Source: a virus | Strand: one strand, 5' to 3' | Virus record (IMG/VR): IMGVR_UViG_3300045988_158927 | Span: 25,629 to 89,628 of that record | DNA length: 64,000 nucleotides | In this document: positions 48,867-56,905 of the stretch, one piece after another | Layout of the letters: each line of letters starts with the position of its first letter | Numbering within the stretch: position 1 is the first letter of the stretch | Notes under the pieces: model-generated | The model's input: the letters and a program-made list of their open reading frames with translations, nothing else | Told to the model about the DNA's origin: nothing | Database searches by the model: none | Program-made: the position numbers and the translations under genes

Positions 48867-49186
48867 GTAACGCCGCAATCTTTTGGTACGAAATCCGACG
48901 GTGGAAATGGAACTTCAAGCCGTTTGAAAACTCGGGCATTCTTTACGAGATCAAGCCCGACGAAAAATTGGACGCTACCCTAGTGAGTGAGCGCGTCTAT
49001 GGCCGTCGTGATGAGTATCTCGTAGTGTGTGCCATCACCGACACGGACCGCGTAGACAACCCGGTGCATAGCGGCCGCTATTGGTTCCCGTCCGATGAAG
49101 CACTGTTCGAGATCAAGCGCCGTATCGGATTCGAGACCCGCGCCGATCTCATCGATGATGAAGGGAAACCCGTATGGCAGAGGTAA
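48863..49186 (+). CDS. hypothetical virion-module protein
   Basis: Track ORF with an ATGA overlap. Confidence 0.55.
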   Translation: MSNAAIFWYEIRRWKWNFKPFENSGILYEIKPDEKLDATLVSERVYGRRDEYLVVCAITDTDRVDNPVHSGRYWFPSDEALFEIKRRIGFETRADLIDDEGKPVWQR

Positions 49187-50277
49187 AGCATCGCCTCGGC
49201 CCGTCCCTGAAACTGGCGGGCCATATCAAGGAAGCGGCAGACATTCGGATGGAGCATGCACGTTCCGCCGAAGCCGCTAACCTAGTCCGAGACCTGAACG
49301 ACACTTCTAACGGGGCACTGCTGGCGCGGGCCATTCAGAAAGGGGTGTCGCCGCATGCACTTCTCTCCGAATACCGTCGGAACGTAGCGCAGGCACAAAA
49401 GGAATTCGTCGGGTTCCAAAAGGGCATCACCGCACGCGAGATCATCCAAGTCTCGCGGATGAAGCCGCTAAAGTACAAGACCGATCAGAAACAGCCTACA
49501 TGGAAGAGCGACGTAGACAAGGCAAAGACCGAGATCACGCGCTGCATTCCTGCATCCATGCACGATGGCTTGATCCGATTCATCACTAATGCCGGTGTCG
49601 ATTCGCAGTCGAAACAGCACTATGTGGCCGTCGATATCGTCGGTTTCGCCCGGGAAATCGAGGCCGCAAAGCAGCAGATTGCCGACGGGAAAGAGGTAAG
49701 CGTTCTCGGCATCGTGCGTAGGCTCCGCCAGAAGAAGCTACGCATATCCTGCACTTGCGACCGCTGGCAGTACGTCTTTTCGTATCTCGCAACCATCGGC
49801 GGATACAACAATGGCCCGGCTCAAAAAGGCTATCCGAAGATCACTAACGAACGGCTGCAAGGTTGTGCATGCAAGCACGCAATCCGTGCCGCCATCGAGA
49901 TCGATTCTGGTAGTTCCTTCGGCAATTACCTCGGGCGTCACGTCCAGAACGCGCTACGCAACGTCAAGAAGACGAACCTGAAGGCCAAGGACAGGGACGA
50001 TATCGAGAACAAGCAGCGCACAAGCCCGACAAAGCTTGTGACGGCAGAAGAGCGTGCAGCACGCAATCAGAGAGACCGCGAGCGGCGCGCAATCCTGAAA
50101 GCCATCAATTCCAGCAAGCGCGGTACCGTGCCGTTCGCTCAACAAACCGCGACACAAAAGCGATGGGACCGAATGAAGCCGGATGCAGTGGCCAAAGAGT
50201 TTTCAACCATGTTCAATCTGCCGGCCAAGGTTCAATCTGCCCTTGCTAAGATGCTTTCCGTTTATAGGAAAAAATGA
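49174..50277 (+). CDS. SWIM-zinc-finger-containing protein with basic C-terminal tail
   Basis: ISCTCDRWQYVF ...(27 aa)... GCACKHAIRAAIE matches the SWIM pattern C-x-C-x(n)-C-x-H (nt ~49747-49878). The C-terminus is Lys/Arg-rich. Confidence 0.6.
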   Translation: MAEVKHRLGPSLKLAGHIKEAADIRMEHARSAEAANLVRDLNDTSNGALLARAIQKGVSPHALLSEYRRNVAQAQKEFVGFQKGITAREIIQVSRMKPLKYKTDQKQPTWKSDVDKAKTEITRCIPASMHDGLIRFITNAGVDSQSKQHYVAVDIVGFAREIEAAKQQIADGKEVSVLGIVRRLRQKKLRISCTCDRWQYVFSYLATIGGYNNGPAQKGYPKITNERLQGCACKHAIRAAIEIDSGSSFGNYLGRHVQNALRNVKKTNLKAKDRDDIENKQRTSPTKLVTAEERAARNQRDRERRAILKAINSSKRGTVPFAQQTATQKRWDRMKPDAVAKEFSTMFNLPAKVQSALAKMLSVYRKK

Positions 50278-50777
50278 TGCTGAACAATGTTCCGCTACAA
50301 ACCCAAATGCTGGCCCATCGCGTCGTTGTCCGGCATCCTAACTCGATGACGGCCGTTCTCTATCGGAAGCGTTCCAACCGCACGGACCCGCTGCATAGTG
50401 GCAACCCGACCATGGGCGGGCTGGCTGTTCTGTCTTCCACCGATGAGGAAGACTATTCGTATGACCGTAAAGGCATCGTCGCCATGCTGCCCGTCGTGGA
50501 CCGTTTCGCGCCTAGCGTGATGCAGAAGAGCATGGATGTTTCGGTGGGAGACGGGAACATAGAGGCGCGCTATCTGATCGTTTCCATCCACGATAGCGCA
50601 CACCCTGAGTACGTGAAGCCCAAGGATCACGATATCGTGTTTGTGCTGATGACGGGCGAGGAAGACGGGCCTAAATTCGCGTTCGAGATCGTCAAAACTG
50701 AAACGACACTCAACGTTCCGCCATTTACTGAACGTTACGTTCTCAACCGCAGGGAGGATTTGCTGGAAAACCTGTGA
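50274..50777 (+). CDS. hypothetical virion-module protein
   Basis: Track ORF with an ATGA overlap. Confidence 0.55.
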   Translation: MMLNNVPLQTQMLAHRVVVRHPNSMTAVLYRKRSNRTDPLHSGNPTMGGLAVLSSTDEEDYSYDRKGIVAMLPVVDRFAPSVMQKSMDVSVGDGNIEARYLIVSIHDSAHPEYVKPKDHDIVFVLMTGEEDGPKFAFEIVKTETTLNVPPFTERYVLNRREDLLENL

Positions 50778-50845
50778 TATAGAATCCGCTTATGTTCCGC
50801 ATGATGCGGGCATTTTGATTTCTTTTCCGGAAAAGGAAATAAACG

Positions 50846-52471
50846 ATGGAATACCTGAAGCAAAGCACTCAAGACGTGCATAAATACATGACCGCGCTGC
50901 AAGAAGCGCAAGCAGACGGCACCAAGCTGGACAGTGCTGCCGTCACCGATGAAGCCCCCCAGCAGTTCCAGATCGTGCTGGATGAAGCCGGTAAAAACGC
51001 TGACCTGATCGTGCGCGCTCTGCTGGACGGTTCCGCTCTGTATGAGCGTGAGCATGGCGTGAAAGTACCGGCTGACGTGGCCGAGAACGCCATTCAAATG
51101 GCCTACTCGACTACCCGCGACGCTTTCCGTCGTTATGGTCTGAAATCGCTGGCGCTGGATAGTGCAGACTCGAATCACCACGACCAAATCTCGCTGCAAC
51201 CTAACCGGGCGGTGGTCTCGATTCTGTCGGCATTTACCGAAGCAATCCCCTACGCTCACTACCTGCCTGCCGATATCGGTTCCAACGAAGCCAAGCTGGC
51301 GATCATGTCGCACCAAGCCGGCGTGAAATTCGGTCAGTATGAGCAAAACGGCAGTCTGGATGGTGCTGATAGCGGTGGTTCCTTTATCTCGGCCAAGCGC
51401 CTGCACACTTCCAACCCTGCCGGCGGTGGTGCAGTTACCGGCAAGCTGACCAAGATTCAGACTAACGCCAACACTTGCGACCCTTCGGCCGGCGATCTCA
51501 AGCTGCTGCGCGGCCGCGCCATCGTGTACGTGAACGGTATCCGCTGCGCTTCCGAAGCCGCTGTCACTCGCGGTTCCGGCAATAACTCCGTGAGCGGTTC
51601 CATTCGCATCGGCGGCATTGAGCACGTCATCGGTGGCACGATCAATACCGACACTGGCGAATACGCGCTGACCTCGACTCCGGCCCTGCCGACTACCGTT
51701 AATGTCGCAGTCGAATCGTCCATCGATTTCGAGCGCCAACCCGACCTGACCCCGAGCGTGATTAGTTCGGTTGAGACCTTCCCGCTGCTGGCCTCCCCGT
51801 GGCGCGTGACGACTCACAACACGATTGACACGCGCACGCAGATGGCAAACGAGCTGAATCTGGACCCGCATGCCGAAAGCATTCTGGCCATTCAGACGCA
51901 GTTTGCCAACGAGCGTCACCGTGAGGTCATCCGCAAGGGCCTGCGCATCGCGGTGAACAACACCACGACTTTCGACTGGGGCCAAGCCAAGACGCTGCAA
52001 GATTCGGGCCGTGCTGCCGTGTGGGCGGACCTGTCCTACCCGCTGGCCGCTCTGTCGCAGCAAATGGCGCTGAATACCATGAACCATGGTATTACTCACA
52101 TCTACGTGACCAAAAACGTTCTGGCCCAGCTTCGCGGCCTGCCTGCCACGATCTTCCAATCGTCCGGCATCGCTGATCGCCCGAGCGTCTACCGCGCCGG
52201 CCGTCTGTTTGGTCTGTATGAGGTGTACTACACCCCGTGGGAACTGGCTGAAACCAACACTTCCGCGCAAATTCTGTGCGTAGGCAAAGCAACCGACGTT
52301 GCCCGTAACCCGATTGTGCTGGGTGATGCCGTCGCCCCGATGGTCCTGCCGCTGGCCGTTAACTCGGACCTGCGCCAAGGTAGCGCGTTCTATGCCCGGA
52401 ACTTCACCGAGCTGAACCCGCATCAACCGTCGGCCATGGGCTTTGCCATGATCGAAGTCACGAACTTCTGA
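50846..52471 (+). CDS. major capsid protein (putative)
   Basis: A 541-aa ORF with RBS AAGGAAA, followed by a strong UUCG-loop terminator. Its composition and C-terminal half are typical of capsid proteins, and it lies downstream of the protease/scaffold-like gene. Confidence 0.6.
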   Translation: MEYLKQSTQDVHKYMTALQEAQADGTKLDSAAVTDEAPQQFQIVLDEAGKNADLIVRALLDGSALYEREHGVKVPADVAENAIQMAYSTTRDAFRRYGLKSLALDSADSNHHDQISLQPNRAVVSILSAFTEAIPYAHYLPADIGSNEAKLAIMSHQAGVKFGQYEQNGSLDGADSGGSFISAKRLHTSNPAGGGAVTGKLTKIQTNANTCDPSAGDLKLLRGRAIVYVNGIRCASEAAVTRGSGNNSVSGSIRIGGIEHVIGGTINTDTGEYALTSTPALPTTVNVAVESSIDFERQPDLTPSVISSVETFPLLASPWRVTTHNTIDTRTQMANELNLDPHAESILAIQTQFANERHREVIRKGLRIAVNNTTTFDWGQAKTLQDSGRAAVWADLSYPLAALSQQMALNTMNHGITHIYVTKNVLAQLRGLPATIFQSSGIADRPSVYRAGRLFGLYEVYYTPWELAETNTSAQILCVGKATDVARNPIVLGDAVAPMVLPLAVNSDLRQGSAFYARNFTELNPHQPSAMGFAMIEVTNF

Positions 52472-52510
52472 TGAGACGCAGGGGTAAAACCCTGCTGCAT
52501 TAGAATGCAA

Positions 52511-52538
52511 GGGCCAGCCTTCGGGTTGGCCCTTTTTT
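52511..52538 (+). terminator. rho-independent terminator (UUCG loop)
   Basis: GGGCCAGCC (52511-52519), loop TTCG, GGTTGGCCC (52524-52532), followed by T6. Confidence 0.8.
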
Positions 52539-52558
52539 CATCCTTGCAAGGAAGATTT

Positions 52559-53011
52559 ATGTCTGAATTCAATATCGGGGCGACGGCACTTGGCGCAAAG
52601 TCCGTTATTCCGTTCATCGAACAATACGAGGCAAGTCCTTACCCGGTGCAGGTTGCCGTGTTCAACCATACTTACCGGCGCATCACGATTTTCGGCACGC
52701 CTATCGACGTTGAGCCATGGACTGCCCAAACCACCCATGCCCGAGACTACAGTGAGCTGCATCGAATCGCCAGCAATCTGCAAGAGATTGCAGATCTTAA
52801 TCAATTCGAGAAAGTGGCCGCTATCTACGTTCAGGATATCGTTGATTACGTAGACGAAGTGCCGGGGCAAACTTATGAACCCGAGCCCGAACCCGTCGAG
52901 GAAGAGCCAGAGGAAATGGAACCAGAGGCCGTAGAAGATTCGGATGGCGTCGGAACTCTGGTGCCGAAAAAGCGCGGCCGTCGCAAAACTGAAGAGGAGC
53001 AAGCAGAATGA
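52559..53011 (+). CDS. acidic protein downstream of capsid gene (decoration/accessory guess)
   Basis: Track ORF 52505-53011 trimmed to ATG 52559, after the terminator, with RBS AAGGAAG. It has a Glu/Pro-rich tail (EPEPEPVEEEPEEMEPE). Confidence 0.55.
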   Translation: MSEFNIGATALGAKSVIPFIEQYEASPYPVQVAVFNHTYRRITIFGTPIDVEPWTAQTTHARDYSELHRIASNLQEIADLNQFEKVAAIYVQDIVDYVDEVPGQTYEPEPEPVEEEPEEMEPEAVEDSDGVGTLVPKKRGRRKTEEEQAE

Positions 53012-54621
53012 CCGTAGCATTCGTTCGCCAACTGGGGGCCGAGAGTGGCCTTCAGCTTAACCCGCTGATTGATTCCAGTGAAATCCCGTCGATTGGCAAT
53101 GACGATCAGGTGATGGGCATTGCCATGCGTGCCCTTCGCGGTCGCATTGACAAGCCGTTCAAGGTCACTCGTTCGGACGTGTACAAGAAGCTTGGCAAGG
53201 GCGAGAGCGTGCGCCTGAACAAGCGGAACGAAGCGTTTATCCATGTGGTCGAGGCGCTGAATAACGGCGTCTATGAGGTTGTCGTGCAGCGTATGACGAC
53301 TACGCAAGCAAAAATCAAATGGATTACCGTATCGAACTCATTCACCTATGCCGTGGCTGATGCACGCGACGATGACGCGATGATCAACATCCGGCATCTT
53401 GGCTGCTATAACGACGGTATCCGTGTGGCCTTCCACGCTGACCCGTCCGACGATGGTGCCTCGCCTGTAACCATGGTCTATTTCCGCGCAATCGACCCGG
53501 ACGGTGTGGTTGTTTTCGAGGCTAAAGGTTCTCTGGACCCAACCGCACGCGACGACTACAACGAATCCCAGTATCTGCCAGACGTGATTACCAAACTGTC
53601 GGATGAGTGGGAAATGGTCATCAAGGAAGGCGCGACCGTGACGCCGACTTCGGACGCCTACGGCTATGACACGTTCGGCAGCGAAAAATACGCCACGTCT
53701 GACGTTCTGCTGGCATTCGAGGAAGGCCCGACCGTCTACACGACTCAAGATTTCCAGCGTTTCCGCTCGAATCTGACGGCCACGCCGCACGATTACGCCT
53801 ATATCGCTGGTGGCGGCGAGACTGACGCCGAGTTTGTTAAGCAGATGGCGCAACTGGCGTATGACACCAACCGTCAATTGCGTATCGATGTCCCGGGCGA
53901 CCTGACCCCGGAACAAGCGATCACGAAAGCGAAAGAGTGGAATCTCGGCAGCAACAAGGCAGCCCATTTGGTGCATGTCTTCTGGGCGCCGCTCAAGACC
54001 GATGACCCGATTGGCCTGTCTGGCAGCGGCTATTACGGCACTTCCGCGCTGAATATCGCCCTTGCGTGCGAGCGCAATGCGCGCAAGAACGGCAAGGGGT
54101 TCGCGCCGAAGAACTACCCGATTGCTGGCCGTGAATACCCGCTTTCGGGCCGTACTCGCGTCAACCAGATGCAGCAGCTTACGTCGCAGCAACTGAACGC
54201 GCTTGCGAAAGCCAAAATCAACCCGGTGGTGTATGAGACGTACACCGGCGGCGGACGCTACGTCTTCCGGGACTGCCTTACTTCCGCGCAAGTGGATTCC
54301 TCGCTGAAGAAGCTGATTTCCGTGGTTGACATGAGCACGTCCATCGATGAGAGCGTGACCCGGGCCGGTAAGGATTTCCTGCAACTGCCAATGCAGGTTG
54401 CCATCAAGAAGATGGAAAACTTCCTGACCCGTCTTTTCGAGGACGCCGAAGCTTCCGGATGGCTTGTGCCGAGTAATGCGCCCGAGATGAAGGGTAAAGC
54501 GTCGCTCTTTAGTGTGAAGCCTAACGAGATTCGCCCCTATGACGTAATGGATGTCATGTACTGGCTTCGTTACGATGGTGTGGCGCGGCAAATCATGGTT
54601 ACGCAGACCATCACTCGTTAA
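53008..54621 (+). CDS. tail sheath protein (putative)
   Basis: A 537-aa ORF. The N-terminal GIAMRALRGRIDKPFKVTRSDVYKKLG and the C-terminal LTSQQLNALAKAKINPVVYETYTGGGRYVFRDCLT resemble conserved sheath blocks. It is followed by a strong terminator. Confidence 0.6.
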   Translation: MTVAFVRQLGAESGLQLNPLIDSSEIPSIGNDDQVMGIAMRALRGRIDKPFKVTRSDVYKKLGKGESVRLNKRNEAFIHVVEALNNGVYEVVVQRMTTTQAKIKWITVSNSFTYAVADARDDDAMINIRHLGCYNDGIRVAFHADPSDDGASPVTMVYFRAIDPDGVVVFEAKGSLDPTARDDYNESQYLPDVITKLSDEWEMVIKEGATVTPTSDAYGYDTFGSEKYATSDVLLAFEEGPTVYTTQDFQRFRSNLTATPHDYAYIAGGGETDAEFVKQMAQLAYDTNRQLRIDVPGDLTPEQAITKAKEWNLGSNKAAHLVHVFWAPLKTDDPIGLSGSGYYGTSALNIALACERNARKNGKGFAPKNYPIAGREYPLSGRTRVNQMQQLTSQQLNALAKAKINPVVYETYTGGGRYVFRDCLTSAQVDSSLKKLISVVDMSTSIDESVTRAGKDFLQLPMQVAIKKMENFLTRLFEDAEASGWLVPSNAPEMKGKASLFSVKPNEIRPYDVMDVMYWLRYDGVARQIMVTQTITR

Positions 54622-54643
54622 AATCGGTCCAATCGATCGATAT

Positions 54644-54670
54644 GGGGCGGCTTCGGTCGCCCCTTTTTTT
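54644..54670 (+). terminator. rho-independent terminator (UUCG loop, T7)
   Basis: GGGGCGGC (54644-54651), loop TTCG, GGTCGCCCC (one G-U pair), followed by T7. Confidence 0.8.
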
Positions 54671-54683
54671 ATGGGCTAATCAA

Positions 54684-56192
54684 ATGGCATTGTTCAACTT
54701 CTGGAAATCCAAGGAATGGCGCGCCGATAACGTCAAGCCGGCCGAGGACATTACGCAAACGACCGCGCTTGAATACGGCATGTCGAGCGCCCCCATTTCC
54801 TCGCTGCTGGGCGACGCCAACCGACCGCCTCGGGATAGGGTTCAAATCTACCAAAAGTGGGAAGCGATGGAAGGCGATCCCATTGTTTCGTCAGCCGTCA
54901 AATTGCTTGTCACCGGCGCCCTTGGTGGACACGAAACATCCGGGGACGTTGTGTTCATCGATGACCGCCCGGACCTGAAAGAGGGTGAAAAGAACATTGT
55001 TCAGGAAATCCGCGAGCATTGCGGCCCGATCATCAATAAGGTGGTGTACCAGATGGCCTATCTGGGCGCGATCTTCGGGGATTCCTACTCGCGCATCTAC
55101 GTGGACGGTAACGGCTTGGTGGATTTGGATTGTTCGGAAATGGTCCGTCCGCCATTGGTGCAGGCATACGAACAAGGGTCCAAGACTATCGGGTACTCGA
55201 TCAGTGTCGGGAAGTCGCTCTACGAGCGCCTTACGGCTGAACAGATGGCGCGCCTGAAAATGCCCCGAACGCAATACGTCCCGCAAAACACAGCACTGCA
55301 CAAGGCTATGCGCCTGAAACTGTCGGAGGACGATATCAATGCACTGCCCGTCATGCCCGCGCTTGTGGGCGGCTCTCTTCTCTATCCGGCCGAACAACCG
55401 TATTGGAACCTTGCGGCCGCGCTTCTGGGAATTGTCGGTCAGCGGTGGATAGACTCGATTGACGAACAAATCATCATGCCGAACATGGATAGCATGACCT
55501 CCGAGCATCGGAAGCAATTCATGGACGGCATTAAAGAGATGTTCCAAAGCAGCAAGGCGAACGCTGAAAAAGCCGTGAAAAGCGGCCTTCCGATCCTTGA
55601 GCGCATGCGGTATCTGATGCCCGTCTTTGGCGACAAGCAGATGATCACGGTGGCCCCGCTCAACGGCGGAAACCCGGGACGTGCCGGCCAGATCACAATT
55701 GACGACGTGATGCTGCACGCGAGGATGCTTGCTGGCGCGCTTGGTGTGGACCTTTCGATGCTGGGCTTTGCCGATCAGATGTCCGGCGGTCTGGGAGAGG
55801 GCGGTTTCTTCCGAACGTCAGCACAAGCGGCCGAGCAAGCACGCGCAATCCGGCAGGCGCTTACTGATTGGATCAATCATGTTCTGGATGTTCACTGCCT
55901 GCACAAATACGGTGTGGTCTACCAGAACAAACTGTGGGATATCAACTTCTACGGTTCAATCTCGGCGCTGGAAGCAGAGAAGCAGCGCACGATGGTCGAT
56001 AAAGCCAACTATGGTGGCCTGCTGATGCAATCCATGCAGATGATGAAGGATATGGGCGCGGATCAGCAATTGATGTCCGTTTTCCTTGAGAAGACGATGG
56101 GCCTTGATGAGGACGTGGCCAAGGAATTTGCCCGTATCGTTGACCTGAAGAAGGTTGATGATCAGGAACAAGAGCGAGGGGGTAAATGGTGA
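54684..56192 (+). CDS. portal-like protein (putative)
   Basis: Track ORF 54642-56192 trimmed to ATG 54684, after the terminator. DRVQIYQKWEAMEGDPIVSSAVKLL and LHARMLAGALGVDLSMLGF are typical of portal N-terminal and stem regions. Confidence 0.5.
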   Translation: MALFNFWKSKEWRADNVKPAEDITQTTALEYGMSSAPISSLLGDANRPPRDRVQIYQKWEAMEGDPIVSSAVKLLVTGALGGHETSGDVVFIDDRPDLKEGEKNIVQEIREHCGPIINKVVYQMAYLGAIFGDSYSRIYVDGNGLVDLDCSEMVRPPLVQAYEQGSKTIGYSISVGKSLYERLTAEQMARLKMPRTQYVPQNTALHKAMRLKLSEDDINALPVMPALVGGSLLYPAEQPYWNLAAALLGIVGQRWIDSIDEQIIMPNMDSMTSEHRKQFMDGIKEMFQSSKANAEKAVKSGLPILERMRYLMPVFGDKQMITVAPLNGGNPGRAGQITIDDVMLHARMLAGALGVDLSMLGFADQMSGGLGEGGFFRTSAQAAEQARAIRQALTDWINHVLDVHCLHKYGVVYQNKLWDINFYGSISALEAEKQRTMVDKANYGGLLMQSMQMMKDMGADQQLMSVFLEKTMGLDEDVAKEFARIVDLKKVDDQEQERGGKW

Positions 56193-56905
56193 GCTTCCTT
56201 GATAACCAAATCCAACTGAGCGTCGGCAGCCGCGTACAAGGGCGCATCCAAAGCCGCATCGCCGACAAGATGAATGAAGCCGTTCTGAGCCGGTCGGCTC
56301 AACGGTTGCTTGTCGCTGCACGTAGTCAACTGGGTGCGGCCGTCAACGAGGTGATGCGCAACCGCCCGAGCGAGCTTGTCGGGAACATCACGCTCAAAGA
56401 AGCGGAAATGATTCACGCCATTTCCTCAAGCATCGAGCGCGCCCGTAAGAATTACTGGATGCTGGAAATTGAAAGCCCAATCACGACGGACCGCGTGGCA
56501 GCACACTTCAACATGCTGGCCACTGATGTCGATTACACGATTGCGAACATTTCCGGAGATCGGAAAAGGATCGGCGGCGCGACCATTGATAGTCTGGTAG
56601 GAAGGGAACCTATCGAATTGCGCGTTACCTGCCTCGATGACGCAAGTGGGATGATCAAGAATTGGTTTCTGATGCACGTTGAGCAAGCGTCTCCGACCGA
56701 TGGCACGATCAACGTTCCGGCCTCATTTGCGATCAAGATTCGCGTCGTTCATAACGCGGTAACGGAACAAAGCAGGCGCAACGAATTCGAGACCTACGAA
56801 TACTTCAGGCCCATATCAATCGAGACTAGCCTGTCGCGTCGTGATTCCGCTTTGAGCGAGGTTACGATGACGTTTTCCCAGATGGATAGCTTTGTGAGGC
56901 CGTGA
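56186..56905 (+). CDS. virion protein; C-terminal half tube/baseplate-tube-like (weak)
   Basis: Track ORF. YWMLEIESPI ... FNMLATDVDYTIANISGDRKRIGG ... ELRVTCLDDASGMIKNWF is a pattern reminiscent of gp19-type tube folds. Confidence 0.45.
   Translation: MVSFLDNQIQLSVGSRVQGRIQSRIADKMNEAVLSRSAQRLLVAARSQLGAAVNEVMRNRPSELVGNITLKEAEMIHAISSSIERARKNYWMLEIESPITTDRVAAHFNMLATDVDYTIANISGDRKRIGGATIDSLVGREPIELRVTCLDDASGMIKNWFLMHVEQASPTDGTINVPASFAIKIRVVHNAVTEQSRRNEFETYEYFRPISIETSLSRRDSALSEVTMTFSQMDSFVRP

Noticed and set aside
50735-52510. A 591-aa ORF on the minus strand, plus other long minus-strand ORFs (for example 53338-54591, 59333-60403, 62045-63001, 26586-27671, 46769-47587).
   Set aside because: Each lies exactly antisense to a better + strand gene with recognisable motifs. 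Their products are Arg/His/Val/Gly-rich with no start context. This is typical of shadow ORFs in GC-rich coding DNA.
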